A DNA stretch of 63,891 nucleotides, counting the filler, from Octopus bimaculoides (Eukaryota), in assembly GCF_001194135.2 (NCBI RefSeq). It is 3 parts of 3 records of this genome, joined end to end, with 100 filler letters (N's around TTAATTAATTAA, not from the genome) between each part and the next. Parts side by side here need not be neighbours in the genome. Positions count along the whole stretch, not along the records: positions 31,796 to 62,048 come from NC_068982.1; 2 more parts are not named here. One strand, written 5' to 3'. The notes beneath the pieces are model-generated. The model was given only the letters and a program-made list of their open reading frames with translations. It was not told where the DNA came from and searched no databases. How positions within the stretch are numbered: the stretch's first letter is position 1; each line of letters opens with the position of its first letter. Positions 39,092 to 52,654 of the stretch are shown piece by piece. The position numbers were made by a program, and so were the translations under genes.

Positions 39092-39546
39092 TGTACACAT
39101 ACCTATATATATATATATATTGTATAAAAAAAAATTGAAAGTTGTTTAGCGTATGCTTCTTCAGAACGATGTAAATAAAATTTTCTTCGTTTTAGCTAAT
39201 ATAACGATACTTCCACCTCTACCAGGCAATCGTTGTTGCTAACAGATTCGTATCAGCATGAACTCCATGGTCTTTGATCTGTAAGACATAGCAGTGAGTT
39301 TTTCCTCAATCATACCATACTGTCTTTAAGAAAAAGAACACATTAGATAATGTAGTCAGCCTACGTTCTCCCGGCAACAGGTAGGATAGTCATATTTGGA
39401 ACGGCTTTGACTGATTATAGTTCATTTAGGTCAGGACTGATCTGCGAGTAACCAACACTAAATACGCTGAACACACACACAGACACACACACACGCAGTT
39501 CTTTTTTCGTCTGCAAATAGTTAATAAGAGTTGAAAGTTGTTTAGC

Positions 39547-40090
39547 CTGAAACGCATCTTGGATATCAAGTGGACCGACTGAGCCACTAACACTGAAGTC
39601 TTCAAGCGTGCCAAGATATCCAGAATATCCACCCTGCTCCAACAGCGCCGTCTACGCTGGCTCAGTCACGTATGTCGTATACCAGATGGGAGGATCCCCC
39701 CAAAACCTCTTGTATAGGGAATTGGCCACCGGCACAAGAGCACAAGGACGATCTCATCTTCGTTTCAAAGACGTCTGCAAGAAAGAGATGAAGTCAATAG
39801 ATCTAGACGTACTGAGACGGGAAGAGATCGCAAATGATCGCCCACGCTGGAGACAAGTACTACGAGCGAGGGGAAGAGAAACTGGAATTTGCTATCGAAC
39901 AAAAGTGCGCTCGAAGAAAGGAAATATCAGAAGCGCCGGCGGAGAGCTCCTTCAAATGCAGTCGCTGCATGCAAGACTGCCGCTCTCATATGGCTTGTAC
40001 AGCCACAGCTAACGCTGGACCACCATCAACAACTAACACAATATCCTCCAGGCGTAGATCCATGGTCATTCGAGACCGATAGATGCCTAT
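39547..40090 (+). mobile_element. RTE-BovB-like LINE 3' end
   Basis: LKRILDIKW...LLQQRRLRWLSHVCRIPDGRIP..LLYRELATG.R..GRSHLRFKDVCK, then the FKCSRC..DCRSH..LYSH zinc motif and a typical RTE 3' tail. Confidence 0.9.
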
Positions 40091-40468
40091 CTACCTATTT
40101 ATTTATCTACACACACACGAGCCAACGAAAAAGTGTCTACACATCTTTTGATGAAGTGGAAATAACTGTCAAATTTCTTTCAAACATACACACTATCTTA
40201 AAAACAAGAGGAGACATTAATAACATTACTACAGTTTTTGATATAAAAAAGGATGCACGGTTAGAACACTTTTGATGATGATCAATCAAGGCTGAGCCAG
40301 GCCTAAAAAATCGACATCATATGTGTTGTTGGATTTAAACGGTTTGTTCTTTTTATAACTTGACCTTCTAAACGCACACCTTGTTCATTACAAAATACAG
40401 AAAGACAAAACGTATTTCCACAAATTACTTACTACTCTGTAAGTTATCAAATAAGAAACAGATGAGGA

Positions 40469-40512
<44 letters not shown>

Positions 40513-42335
40513 AGGAAAGAGAGAGAAGAGTGAGTTTTGAGAAAGAGAGCAAAGTGAAAACCAAGAGCACATACAATTAAACAAATAGTCAGACTGGTAT
40601 ACAGACAAACAGTAAGATTTGTCGATTTCCTTTTCAAACCTGGCTTCATGACTAATGCAATTATCTTCTCGAAGCCTAAACACACCATTACCAGTCCGGA
40701 AAACTTATATATCTACTATTAATAATCTCATTTCCTTTCGTGATTTAACAATGGCCTTTGTTTTTCTCATACGTTTAAGATATATTTAGAATTAGCATTC
40801 CAATATTTGATTCGAATGGTGCCGCTATTCGTTCGATTCATTGCACAATTTATACTTATAGATTGAATGACATTACGATTTTCTGTTTCATGAAACCAAA
40901 TTGTTGTGCTATTTTAATGGAATGGGCGTAAATTTCTTCTAGCACAAACATACAGACTCACTCGAATGATTTTACGAATCTTACAGACATTATTACACTG
41001 TTTGAAAGCTTGTCTCTATATTCCTGGTGACGAGAAAATAGAAAGTGTGGAAAGATAGAGGTTTGTGGTGTTCATGATTTTTTCCCCCAAGATTTGTTGT
41101 GTAAGTGAAGCAAATTGCTTTCGAATGTGAAACGAGACCGAATCGACTCACTACAAATTTACCTGCTGGTGTACACCGCTGATTGCATACTGTTTCAAGT
41201 GCTGCTTTCTTTCGATGAAACACTAAGATTTTGTTTTAAGGAGGAGTTAAGTGTAAAGTGTTCATACACACCTGACGCATCGCTGTACGAAGAAATATCG
41301 GTTTCCAATTTTGGCACAAAGCCAGCAATTTCGGAAACGGGTAAGTCGATTACTTTGACACCAGTATTCAACTGGTACTTATTTTATCGAACCCGAAAGG
41401 ATGAAAAGCACATTCAGCCTCGACAGAGTTGAGCCCAGAACTTAAAGACGGACGAAATGGCGCTAACGATTTTGCCACTTCGCCATCCTACTGTAAGAAG
41501 AAATATCAATCTGTTGTTGCAATTAGGATCACAAGATCGCGGTTTCGATTTCCAGACCAAGCGATACGTTGTGTTCTTGAGCAAATCACTTCATTTCATG
41601 TTGCTCCATTCTACTCTGTTGCAAATGAGTAATTGGCGTCAAGTTCAAGGGCAATTTTTGTGATCTCGGTTACTTATACGCCATAGAAACTGGATAACCG
41701 GTCCCACGAGTCATGGGGGCTCGAGGCAATACTTGCTGAAGGTGACCAACTGTCAGAACCGTTTGCACTTCGAACAAAATGCTTAGTGGCATTTCTTCCG
41801 GCTCTTTAAGTTCCAAGTTCAAATATTGCCAAGATTGAATTTACCTTTCATCTTTTCGGACTCGATAAAATAAGCATTAGTAAAGGACAGGGTTCAATGT
41901 AATCGATTAATCGTTCCCTCAAAATTAGAAAGGGTTCTATATTAGGTTACACTGACATCCATCTTACAGCTATGCAAGTATATTTTAATTGAACGATGAT
42001 TATCCATTCTCAAAATAAAATCTGTTTCACTATTTTTGGTTGGTACCTACATTTTACTGTGTGTATCCTAAAAATGACTCCACATTAGAAATATAATTGT
42101 TATTGATTGCCTTTCTTAATTATTTGGTTTTCATTTAATCTTCAACTATGAATTCAATACGTCATTTATTTTTTTTATTTTTACATTATAAAACCTCTAA
42201 TTATTGAATACAAATGTCAAGCTGTATCAGCTTCTAAGTATATTTCATCGTAAATGTTCACACAGAAACGCATGCACACATACACGCCAAACACGAACAA
42301 GACACAAATACAGAAATGCACACATACACACACGA

Positions 42336-42366
<31 letters not shown>

Positions 42367-42388
42367 CACTCATATACATGTGTATACA

Positions 42389-42421
<33 letters not shown>

Positions 42422-42530
42422 TCGTACAAAATTATAAATTAGTTGAGTCAGCACTAACACACTTAATGTAGCGAGTAAAACAAAATTTAATTAATCCAAA
42501 CACTCCGTATAGTGAGGGGAGGAATATATT

Positions 42531-42960
42531 AGACCAGACGCTTTCAATTACTGTATCGTGGCACATCTGTGTGCCGTGTATGGCCCGCAGGTGTGCCACG
42601 TGTATTGGAGGCGAGTCAGAAAATGAGAGAATATTTAGAAACTTTGCGTGTATTTAATGCACTGCACGAGCAGACGAGTATTCCTTCGCAATTATGTACA
42701 ATCTGCGTGAGCGGTGGGTGCGTGCGAGTACCGATTTAATAGCTCAAACTCCCTTTATTGTCTCATCTCTGTTTTAAGACAATTTTAATTTTGCTTTTTT
42801 TTTATATAGTAAAGTTTTTTAAAAAATGGGAGAATGCTATAACAATTAGCGGTTTATTCAGTGCACCACTGATCGGAAAAGAATGAAAATCTTTGCTTGA
42901 AATTAACATGTCGGACAAAAGAGCAGAAAAATCCGAAATCTCAAATGACCGAAACGGAAC
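42531..42960 (+). mobile_element. Probable hAT transposon left end
   Basis: cagacgctttcaa...gtggcacatctgtgtgccgtgtatggcccgcaggtgtgcc resembles Charlie-type subterminal repeats; no right end found. Confidence 0.4.
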
Positions 42961-43112
42961 GATAAGTTAGAATAACATTATAATCACTTTTGGAGCGTGA
43001 GTGAAAAAAAATTAGCACAATGGCTAATAGTAAATTAATCTGATCTATGGCAAGCACGGTGACAACGCCGAGCATATTTTAGCCTAATAATTCTTCGATA
43101 TATATTTTACTC

Positions 43113-43332
43113 AAGATGGCGAGCCGACAGAATCGTTACCGAGCCTGGCAAAATGCTTAGCTGCATTTCGTCCATCTTTACTTTGTGAGTTAAAATTCCG
43201 CCGAGGTTGATTTTTATCTTTCGACCTTTCTGGGTCGATAAAATAACTACTGGTTGTACACTGAGGTCGATAAAATCGACTTACGCCCTTCACCCGAAAT
43301 TACTGGCCTTGTACCAAATTCTGAAACCAATA
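43113..43332 (+). mobile_element. SINE family B
   Basis: Head, core and tail present. Confidence 0.8.
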
Positions 43333-43520
43333 TATATCTCAAAAGTATTGTTTTTAAAATTACACTTTTATAAAGAAGAAAGCCTAACTCGAATTGAGAA
43401 ACAAGGCTCTTTCGTCTTGTTCTGTTTGGTTTGGCTTTTTACTTATTGGATCCAGAAGAAGTGGCAGTGTCCATAGCCCTTGTTGGCTCTTCTAGCCTGA
43501 TGAGATTGAGGTAGACAGCT

Positions 43521-43572
<52 letters not shown>

Positions 43573-44693
43573 GGATAGATAGATAGATCAGAGGGAGGAA
43601 ATGGAGTTCATGGGGACGTGCTTTACATAGCATTTTACAAGGTTCATACCCGAATATAACTATNNNNNNNNNNNNNNNNNNNNNNNNNNNNNNNNNNNNN
43701 NNNNNNNNNNNNNNNNNNNNNNNNNNNNNNNNNNNNNNNNNNNNNNNNNNNNNNNNNNNNNNNNNNNNNNNNNNNNNNNNNNNNNNNNNNNNNNNNNNNN
43801 NNNNNNNNNNNNNNNNNNNNNNNNNNNNNNNNNNNNNNNNNNNNNNNNNNNNNNNNNNNNNNNNNNNNNNNNNNNNNNNNNNNNNNNNNNNNNNNNNNNN
43901 NNNNNNNNNNNNNNNNNNNNNNNNNNNNNNNNNNNNNNNNNNNNNNNNNNNNNNNNNNNNNNNNNNNNNNNNNNNNNNNNNNNNNNNNNNNNNNNNNNNN
44001 NNNNNNNNNNNNNNNNNNNNNNNNNNNNNNNNNNNNNNNNNNNNNNNNNNNNNNNNNNNNNNNNNNNNNNNNNNNNNNNNNNNNNNNNNNNNNNNNNNNN
44101 NNNNNNNNNNNNNNNNNNNNNNNNNNNNNNNNNNNNNNNNNNNNNNNNNNNNNNNNNNNNNNNNNNNNNNNNNNNNNNNNNNNNTATATATATATATATG
44201 CACATATATATATATATCACATACATACATACATACATGCATGCATGTATGCATACATATATGCATACATACATACATATATGAGCTCATCCAAAATCAG
44301 GGAAAAACAGAATATTTATAGTTCTTCGAAACCTACACTATTTTTACACTTATGATAATTTTACACTTGCATACTAATAAAGTAATTACATAGATCATGC
44401 ATTTACACTTATGTCAATAACTATCAGTGCACTTCGTGATCTTATTATTTACGTGCTAATATTGAGAAGTATAAGTTTTCGAGCAAAGATAGAATCTATA
44501 TTACAGTATGTACACTCTTATATAGATATTAAAAGTTATTCCTTCTTTCCAACCAAGTTTCTTTCTCCAAATATCTCTTGTCTTCACATGCACCTTCACA
44601 CTGCTTTGCCTTATCTGTCAGTTGGTGTTAGCCACTCTAATATAGCGAATGAAAATCACTTCTCTATATTTTTTGGCTCCCCCTTATTAACTC

Positions 44694-44731
44694 AGTTTTG
44701 AAGAGGGACTTTTGTCCGAAATGTCGCAAAA
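44694..44731 (+). ncRNA. Degenerate hammerhead-like motif (family P6)
   Basis: UUGAAGA-G-GGAC(UUUU)GUCC-GAA-AUGU-C; stem I poorly paired; AUGU is consistent with CpG decay of ACGU. Confidence 0.45.
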
Positions 44732-45597
44732 TCAGCTTATTATGGCAATATTAATTTACACTTTTTGCTTATTACATTTAATACAATCGTTGCTAACACA
44801 GGTCTCTTGTAGTCTTTCTGGATTGTTTATTTTATAATACATATACACACGCATATAAACGTGCATATATGTGTATGTATATATGTAGGTAAGTATGCAA
44901 TCGAATTACGGATTCGCTAGAGCAAAGGATACAANNNNNNNNNNNNNNNNNNNNNNNNNNNNNNNNNNNNNNNNNNNNNNNNNNNNNNNNNNNNNNNNNN
45001 NNNNNNNNNNNNNNNNNNNNNNNNNNNNNNNNNNNNNNNNNNNNNNNNNNNNNNNNNNNNNNNNNNNNNNNNNNNNNNNNNNNNNNNNNNNNNNNNNNNN
45101 NNNNNNNNNNNNNNNNNNNNNNNNNNNNNNNNNNNNNNNNNNNNNNNNNNNNNNNNNNNNNNNNNNNNNNNNNNNNNNNNNNNNNNNNNNNNNNNNNNNN
45201 NNNNNNNNNNNNNNNNNNNNNNNNNNNNNNNNNNNNNNNNNNNNNNNNNNNNNNNNNNNNNNNNNNNNNNNNNNNNNNNNNNNNNNNNNNNNNNNNNNNN
45301 NNNNNNNNNNNNNNNNNNNNNNNNNNNNNNNNNNNNNNNNNNNNNNNNNNNNNNNNNNNNNNNNNNNNNNNNNNNNNNNNNNNNNNNNNNNNNNNNNNNN
45401 NNNNNNNNNNNNNNNNNNNNNNNNNNNNNNNNNNNNNNNNNNNNNNNNNNNNNNNNNNNNNNNNNNNNNNNNNNNNNNNNNNNNNNNNNNNNNNNNNNNN
45501 NNNNNNNNNNNNNNNNNNNNNNNNNNNNNNNNNNNNNNNNNNNNNNNNNNNNNNNNNNNNNNNNNNNNNNNNNNNNNNNNNATATATATACATATAT

Positions 45598-45760
45598 ACG
45601 ACGGGCTTCTTTCAGTTTCTGTCTACCAAATCCACTCACAAGGCTTTGGTCGGCCCGAGGCTATAGTAGAAGATACTTGCCCAAGGTGCCACGCAGTGGG
45701 ACTGAACCCGAAACCATGTGGCTGGTAAGCAAGCTACTTACCACACAGCCACTCCTGCGC
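45598..45760 (-). mobile_element. Young SINE family A head
   Basis: Very close to the family consensus seen in other copies; tail presumably inside the 646-N gap. Confidence 0.9.
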
Positions 45761-46069
45761 CTATTGTGCATGTATGTATATATGTAGGTAAGTATGCAAT
45801 CGAATTACGGATTCGCTAGAGCAAAGGATACAAAAAAGGCTGGCTTTGCACTTTTATTTTATTTATTCATTTATTATTTTATTTATTTGCTCGTCTCTGT
45901 GATTTGGGTTCATATCCACAAAGGTTCATTTTGCTTTTTATCTTTTCAAGGTCTATAGAAGTGTGTGAGTGTATGTGTTTGTGTGTGAACGAGAGTGTAT
46001 GTAAGTGTTTGTTTGTGTGCGTGTGTGCGCGCACGCTCACGTGTGTGTGTGTGCACGCGAGCGTGCGTG

Positions 46070-46107
<38 letters not shown>

Positions 46108-48924
46108 CTTGAGTTTGTGACGTCTCCTCTCCACCACAGCTTGACGCCGATTTTTGGTGTGTGTTGCTTTGTATGTCACCGTTGTTTGTCAGTGAAGTTA
46201 TAAACATCTCAGACTTTCGAACAAAGCCAATAAACTTTCAGGAAAAGAAACGGTTGTAGTATTTGCTCCGTTCCAGTTATACAGACACTCTCTTGTCGCT
46301 CTCAACATTGCAAATGTAGTAAACCGGTACATTTGAATAAAAGTTCTTTGTAATATTTGTTCCAACTTTGTGATATTGAGTTATACAGAAGCTGTCGTTA
46401 CATTTACCAGCAATGGTTTCGTGGGACGCATGTTTCTCACACTCAATCACTCAGCGTCATTGTTTTTTTTTGCTTTTTTGTGTGTTTTTGTTTTAAGAAA
46501 GGATCGTTGAACATGGAATAAAATACCTTACTGTATTTAGTTACGTCCCTTCACGTTTTGATTACAAATCCTATCGAGGTCGACTTTGCCTCTCATGCTG
46601 CGGAATGGGAGGAATAAAATAAAGTATCCGTCAAGCACTTTATTTTATCGATGCAAATGGAATCATAATAGAAGCTGAAGACCATTAAGAAGCATTGCCT
46701 TTATATAGTTGACTATGTTGCTGTATGGAAAAGGTTAGCAATGCTACTAGCCGTGTGAGCGAATTTATTGGTGAGCAATGGATATTTCTTTTGGGTTGTG
46801 GAAGAAAACATTTAATATATTATTGTCACTGAGATGATTAATGTGAATACTGAAGTTATTTCTTATAATGACGATAGCTTGATTGAAAATGACGATGAAA
46901 ACGTCATACGAATCATGTATAACATTTCGTTCCTTTTAAAGTGCACACATTTTCTAGTTAATAAATTAAAATGTTTTTCATTACATTCAACAGTTAATAT
47001 TTACAAGATTTAAAGGAGATATATCTGCACTGAATATCACTTTTTATGATTATTACAGTTTATCCAAAGGAAATAATAAATTGCTGAATAAACGTATACT
47101 GAAGAATGTCGTATTGAAATTTCGATTTGAAATAATCCGTTCTGTTTCAGATAAAAGTTTCATCTATAAACTTATTGTTAAATGTTCATGCAGATAAGAT
47201 AACACTATTTTGATTATTATAGACGAGCTCTCCATAGTCAATGAGATATTGCATCTCGTTTACGGCAGTAAAAGTAACATTTGTAGTTTAAGGACGGCAA
47301 AATATTTAATGCTGTCATAACATATAATAACTTCGTAGTTTGGTTCTTGTTTATGTCTAGTTGCACTCTGGTTAAGTGTTTCTACTGTTTGAACAATACG
47401 GTTGTCTGCACTTAGAGAACACGATATCACAAAGATTAAAAAAACAAAACCAATTGCCCATTAAGTATCAAAATCGACTTCTGGAACAATTTTCAGTGAA
47501 AAATAGCATTTGATAAATACTTCTTCGAATTTCCGAACATGCTGGATATGTGCACAAATGACAGAAGATTATGTTGTAATGTTTGGTGTGGTGTTTGTGT
47601 GCACGTGTATGCGTGTATGCATATATATTCATGCGCATAGTTATATATAAGCATATATATTATGTTCATATATTCAACACCACACATACACCCAGCAACT
47701 CCTAAGTATATATATGTATATATGTGTGTGTATGTGTGTGTGAGTGTGTGTGTGTGGGTGTGTGTGTGTGTGTGTGTGTGTAAGACAGCATGTTCGTTTC
47801 AGCTATTGTGTTACAGTGTAGCTAATATTAATATTAAGAAGTGTTAAAATGATGATATGATTGCTGTAGAAGCTAGTGGTTAGTTAAACTATCTGCAACA
47901 TTCCACTTCCAATTAGGAACTCGTGTATACGTAGACTATAATGAATAGTCTTATATCAGATTGGTCTACAAAGAGAGACACAAAAAAAAAGTAGAGGAAA
48001 AATAAAGGAAAGGAGAAAGAAAGAAAGAATGAAAGAAAGGAGATGTGAAATTGAATAGCCTGGAAAGTGTAAAAGACGAGAATATATTAATTCACAAAGA
48101 AAGAAATAGTGAGAACAACCGAGCAAATGTGAGAGAGGTTTAGCATGGAACGGAGAATATAAAAAGTGTGAGAGAAGAGATAAGGAGGAAAAAGAGAGTG
48201 AAAGGAAGAGAAAGCACCTGCATTTCTAGGTACGTACGCAAATTACATATTCTTCTCCACCCCAGTCACTTCCACTATGTAATTTAATGCAAACCTTTAA
48301 CCATCTACCCCCGTCTGAATCTCATTAAAGCTCACTGCCAAAACAATTATTAACACATCGACATAATCAGTAAGCCGCCGTAATATTAACAGGAATGTGC
48401 TTTTTCTGACAACTTATTTAATAAATATCGTATGAAAACAGCTTCAAATTAAGCCCATTTTTCAATTTGTCTTACTATGCACTAGATTCAATTACGGGCA
48501 CTGCCCACGCTATTTTATTCCTGTACTCATTAATTATATACTGCATGTGGCAAAGAGTAGGTTGGTAAGTGGTTGAATCGTAGAACTGCAGATTAATTAT
48601 TTTGAGGTATTTAGTTACAGTCTAAATTCAAATCTCATAGAGGTCAATTCTGCTTGCCTGTTTGAGGTGCGATAAAATAAGATCCAGTTTACTAGGGGGT
48701 CAATTTAATCGTCTAAACTCTCCAACTGAAATGCATGTGCTTACGTTAGAATTATTTATTTATTTATTTATTTATGACTTTTTTTTTTCGTTTTAAGGCT
48801 GATTTGTAGAATGGCGGCCAAGATACTACGTAACATTTAGTCTCACCCATTCATTTTTACCTCACATCAAGGCCGTATGCCAACGAAGTTCACTTGGCTT
48901 TCAACCTTCCTTAGATGCATAAAT

Positions 48925-49130
48925 TAATGTTTTTTGATTTGGGTATTAGGCCAGCAATTTTGAGGGGATGGGGTTTAATCAATTATATCGTCTGAGTATT
49001 TAGATAGTGCTTCAATTTATTGACCCCGAAAGGCAAAGTTGACATCGACGGTATTGGAACTCAGAATTAAAGAGCCAGAACAAATATTTGAAGCCATTTT
49101 CCCGACACTCTAACGTTTCTACCAGTTTGC
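48925..49130 (-). mobile_element. Decayed SINE family B
   Basis: gaccccgaaaggcaaagttgacatcg core. Confidence 0.7.
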
Positions 49131-49143
49131 CACATCTGTCATA

Positions 49144-49536
49144 TGTTGTTGTTGTTGTTGGCACTCCGTCGCTCACGACGTCGAGGGTTCCAGTTGATCC
49201 AATCAGCGGAACAGCCTGCTCATGAAATTAACGTGCAAGTGGCTGAGCACTCCACAGACACGTGTACCCTTAACGTAGTTCTCGGGGATATTCAGCGTGA
49301 CACAGTGTGACAAGGCTGACCCTTTGAATTACAGGCACAACAGAAACAGGAAGTGAGAGTAAGAGAAAGTTGTGGTGAGAGAGTACAGCACGGTTCGCCA
49401 CCATCCCCTGCCGGAGCCTCGTGGAGTTTTAGGTGTTTTCGCTCAATAAACACTCACAACGCCCGGTCTGGGAATCGAAACCACGATCCTATGACCGCGA
49501 GTCCGCTGCCCTAACCACTGGGCCATTGCGCCTCCA
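49144..49536 (-). mobile_element. Full-length SINE family C with perfect 13-bp TSD and (CAA)n tail
   Basis: cacatctgtcata at 49131-49143 and 49537-49549. Confidence 0.95.
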
Positions 49537-50385
49537 CACATCTGTCATAAACCACAGTTGATTTCATTGGCCGTGACATTATCGGTGACATGTAACAATG
49601 TTTAAAACCATTATCATTGTTTTAAAAGGCAGCGAGCTGACAGAATCGTTAGAGCCTTGCAATATTTCTTTTCATTCTTATGGGTTCAAATATCGCCTGT
49701 CATCTTTGTGAGGTCAATAGAATAAAGTACCAATCAAGAACTATGGTCGATGGCATTGACTAATCTTCCCCACTCAAAGAAACTTATTATTTGCTAATGA
49801 CCTAGTCACATGTTGTTCTCATGCCTTTCTTCGAAGTGCGATGCCGATTACATGCTTGAGGTTCAGTCATCTGGAGTCACCCACGTGTTTCTTAGTTTCT
49901 CCCCCCCCCTCTCTTTCTCTCACCATCTGTATATATTTATTTCTTTCCTTCTAGCATTTGTTTTATATTTCATTTTTTTAATCTCCAAAGGCGACGTGCT
50001 ACCAGAATCCCTAGCACGCCAGGCAAAATGCTTAGCGGCATTTCTCCAGGATTTACATTTTGATTTCAAATTCTGCCGATGTAGGCTTTGTCTTTCGTTC
50101 TTCGAGGCCGATAAAATAAGCATCATTTGAGCGCTGGGGGTTCGATGTAATTGACTAGTTCCTCTTCGATAATAGTTATGGGTTCCAGTCAAATGACTAA
50201 ATGTTAAGCTTAATATTCCTTAATAAAGAAATATTTATTAATATTGCGGAGGTGTACTTGCATAGCAAGTGACCTGATCTGAGATCGTGTGCTGGAACGA
50301 AAACAATTGCAGCGTGGAAGGTGTTTATAAGCCATTTAAAATAACACACAAAAACTGTTAGATTCACTTCAACATTTAAATTCAA

Positions 50386-50436
50386 TTTGTCAAAATATTT
50401 TCGTTGCTTTGAGACCGCGACCTGTTCACTGAAAAA
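50386..50436 (-). ncRNA. Hammerhead-like motif with swapped G3-C8 core pair (family P5)
   Basis: UUUUUCA-GUGAACA-G-GUCGC(GGUCUCAAA)GCAAC-GAA-AAUAUU-U-UGACAAA. Confidence 0.55.
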
Positions 50437-50801
50437 AATTCTGTGCTGCATCTATTTATTAATATTTCTTTATATAATACCCAAACATTATCGAGGTATT
50501 CTTAACCCGTTGACTGCAAAATTAAAGTTCTTGGTTATTCTGATGATGATTTTAAATATCGAACAAAATTAGAATTGGTATTTTATGCAAGTTACCTCAA
50601 TAATCTTGACATGTCTCAACAAAAATAGTTTCAAATATGCTATATAAACCTGCTTTCCACAATTAAGGGTAATGAAATCTTTGGTGGATATATATGATTT
50701 CCTCAGTAAAAGGGCTAAATATTCCTTTATATTGATATCGACAGTAAGAATAACGAGAAAGTGCTTATGCAGTTCGAACGCAATAAATACCACTAGTCGT
50801 A

Positions 50802-50915
50802 TACGAGGAGGTGCTGTAATGTTCCTGGCTTCAAAGATACCACGAAAGGCCTGGTTAGAGGCTCAACTTTCCGAGTTCTTTCACAGGACTTAGAAAAATT
50901 GAAGAACTGCTGCAT
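50802..50915 (+). mobile_element. Mariner-type left end, interrupted by SINE B
   Basis: TA|tacgaggaggtgctgtaatgttcctggctt resembles mariner TIRs. Confidence 0.45.
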
Positions 50916-50929
50916 AATATTTTCTATGA

Positions 50930-51139
50930 AGGCGGCGAGCTGACAGAAACGTTAGTACGCCGGACGAAATGCTTAGCGGTATTTCGTCTGTCTTTACGTT
51001 CTGAGTTCAAATTCCAGCGAGGTCGACTTTGCCTTTCATCTTTCGAAGTCGATAAATTAAGTACCAGTTGCGTACTGGGTCGATCTAATCGACTGGTCCA
51101 CTCCTCGAAATTTCAGGCTTTGTGCTTAGAGTAGAAAAG
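50930..51139 (+). mobile_element. SINE family B with perfect 14-bp TSD
   Basis: aatattttctatga at 50916-50929 and 51140-51153. Confidence 0.95.
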
Positions 51140-51188
51140 AATATTTTCTATGATCAAGATGAGTAGCTTCCACTGTAAGTGCATATAT

Positions 51189-51826
51189 ATGACGTGGTAT
51201 CAAAAAGTTTCCGGACTAGTTTTGTGGCGTGCCAATAGATGGCAGCATACGGTAGAGTACGCTGTGAGACCTTCATGAGGCAATGGGTCGTACGCAATGT
51301 TTCAAGTGGCACAGGTGCTTCAAAAGGGGAAGACGATGAGTGATCTGAAGGACCTGCTACAAGAAATGTGGAGAAAATTCATTATCTCGTGCACGAGGAT
51401 TGTCGGAAACCAGTCAACAATGCTTTGGAGCGTTCGAGGGAGGACATTCGGTGAAAGCGACCGGATCTGTGGAGCGCGACGAATTGGATTCTTCACAAAG
51501 ACAATGCACCCTGTCACCCAGCTGTCTCCACACGTGAATTTCTCGCCAAAATCATCACGGTATTGCTTCCGCACCCTCACCTATATTCGTCAGATTTAGC
51601 ACCTGTGGATTTCCCTTAAGAAGCAGCTCAAATGTAGTCGTTTTAACACCAAAGACCGAGAGCGAATCGCAGAAGGTCCTCAACTCGCTTACGGAAAACG
51701 GCTTCCAGGCCGGATTCTAGAAGTGGGAGGAACGTTAGAACCGGTGTATTGCTGCGCAAGGTGACTATTTTGAAAGATGATAATGTTAAAACTTAAGTCA
51801 AAAAGTTATTTTTTTAATTAAACATA
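51189..51826 (+). mobile_element. Internally deleted mariner transposon
   Basis: TIR-like ggtatcaaaaagtttccggac; WILHKDNAPCH...PHPHLYSSDLAPVDF...KWEER.NRCIAAQGDYFE; right end falls in the gap. Confidence 0.85.
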
Positions 51827-52019
51827 NNNNNNNNNNNNNNNNNNNNNNNNNNNNNNNNNNNNNNNNNNNNNNNNNNNNNNNNNNNNNNNNNNNNNNNNNN
51901 NNNNNNNNNNNNNNNNNNNNNNNNNNAGTTACGCACTGGGGTCGATATAGTCGACTTAATCCGTCTGTCTGTCCTTGTTTGTCCCATCTGTGTGTAGCCC
52001 CTTGTGGACAGTAAAGAAA

Positions 52020-52160
52020 TAAGTAGCTTGCTTACCAACTACATGCTCCTGGGTTCAGTCCCACTGCGTGACAGCGTAGGCAAGTGTCTTCTACAATAGT
52101 CTCGGGCCCACCAAAACCTTGTGAGTGGATTTGGTAGACGGAAACTGACAGAAGCCCCTC
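52020..52160 (-). mobile_element. SINE family A head
   Basis: Matches the family head. Confidence 0.75.
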
Positions 52161-52558
52161 TTATATATATGTGTGTGTGCGCGCGCACGTGCGTGTCTAT
52201 GTTTGTCCATCGCTTATATATATATATATGTATTATATATATAAGCCTTGTTATATAGATACTACCAAGTAATCTGGTGGTATTCATAAAAAAGCTGCTT
52301 ACTCTGTCATAGCATATATTATATGATAATATACATGAGAAAAGATAAAGAATATTAAGGTATAAATCATGGAGAAAAATGATGAATTTTATTTAACAAT
52401 AAATATTGAAAAATCGCAACAAATTCGTTTCAATTGCCCAAAACATGTAAGCACACACACACACATATATATATGTTAACATGTATAGATATAAACGTAT
52501 ATGTTTATCATGTGTGTGTGTGTATGTATGTATATATACATATATGTATATGTGTGTG

Positions 52559-52561
<3 letters not shown>

Positions 52562-52654
<93 letters not shown>

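Noticed and set aside
39135-39175. CUGAAGA-AGC(AUAC)GCU-AAAC on the minus strand
   Set aside because: No GAAA and no UH site with a stem I partner; could be chance.
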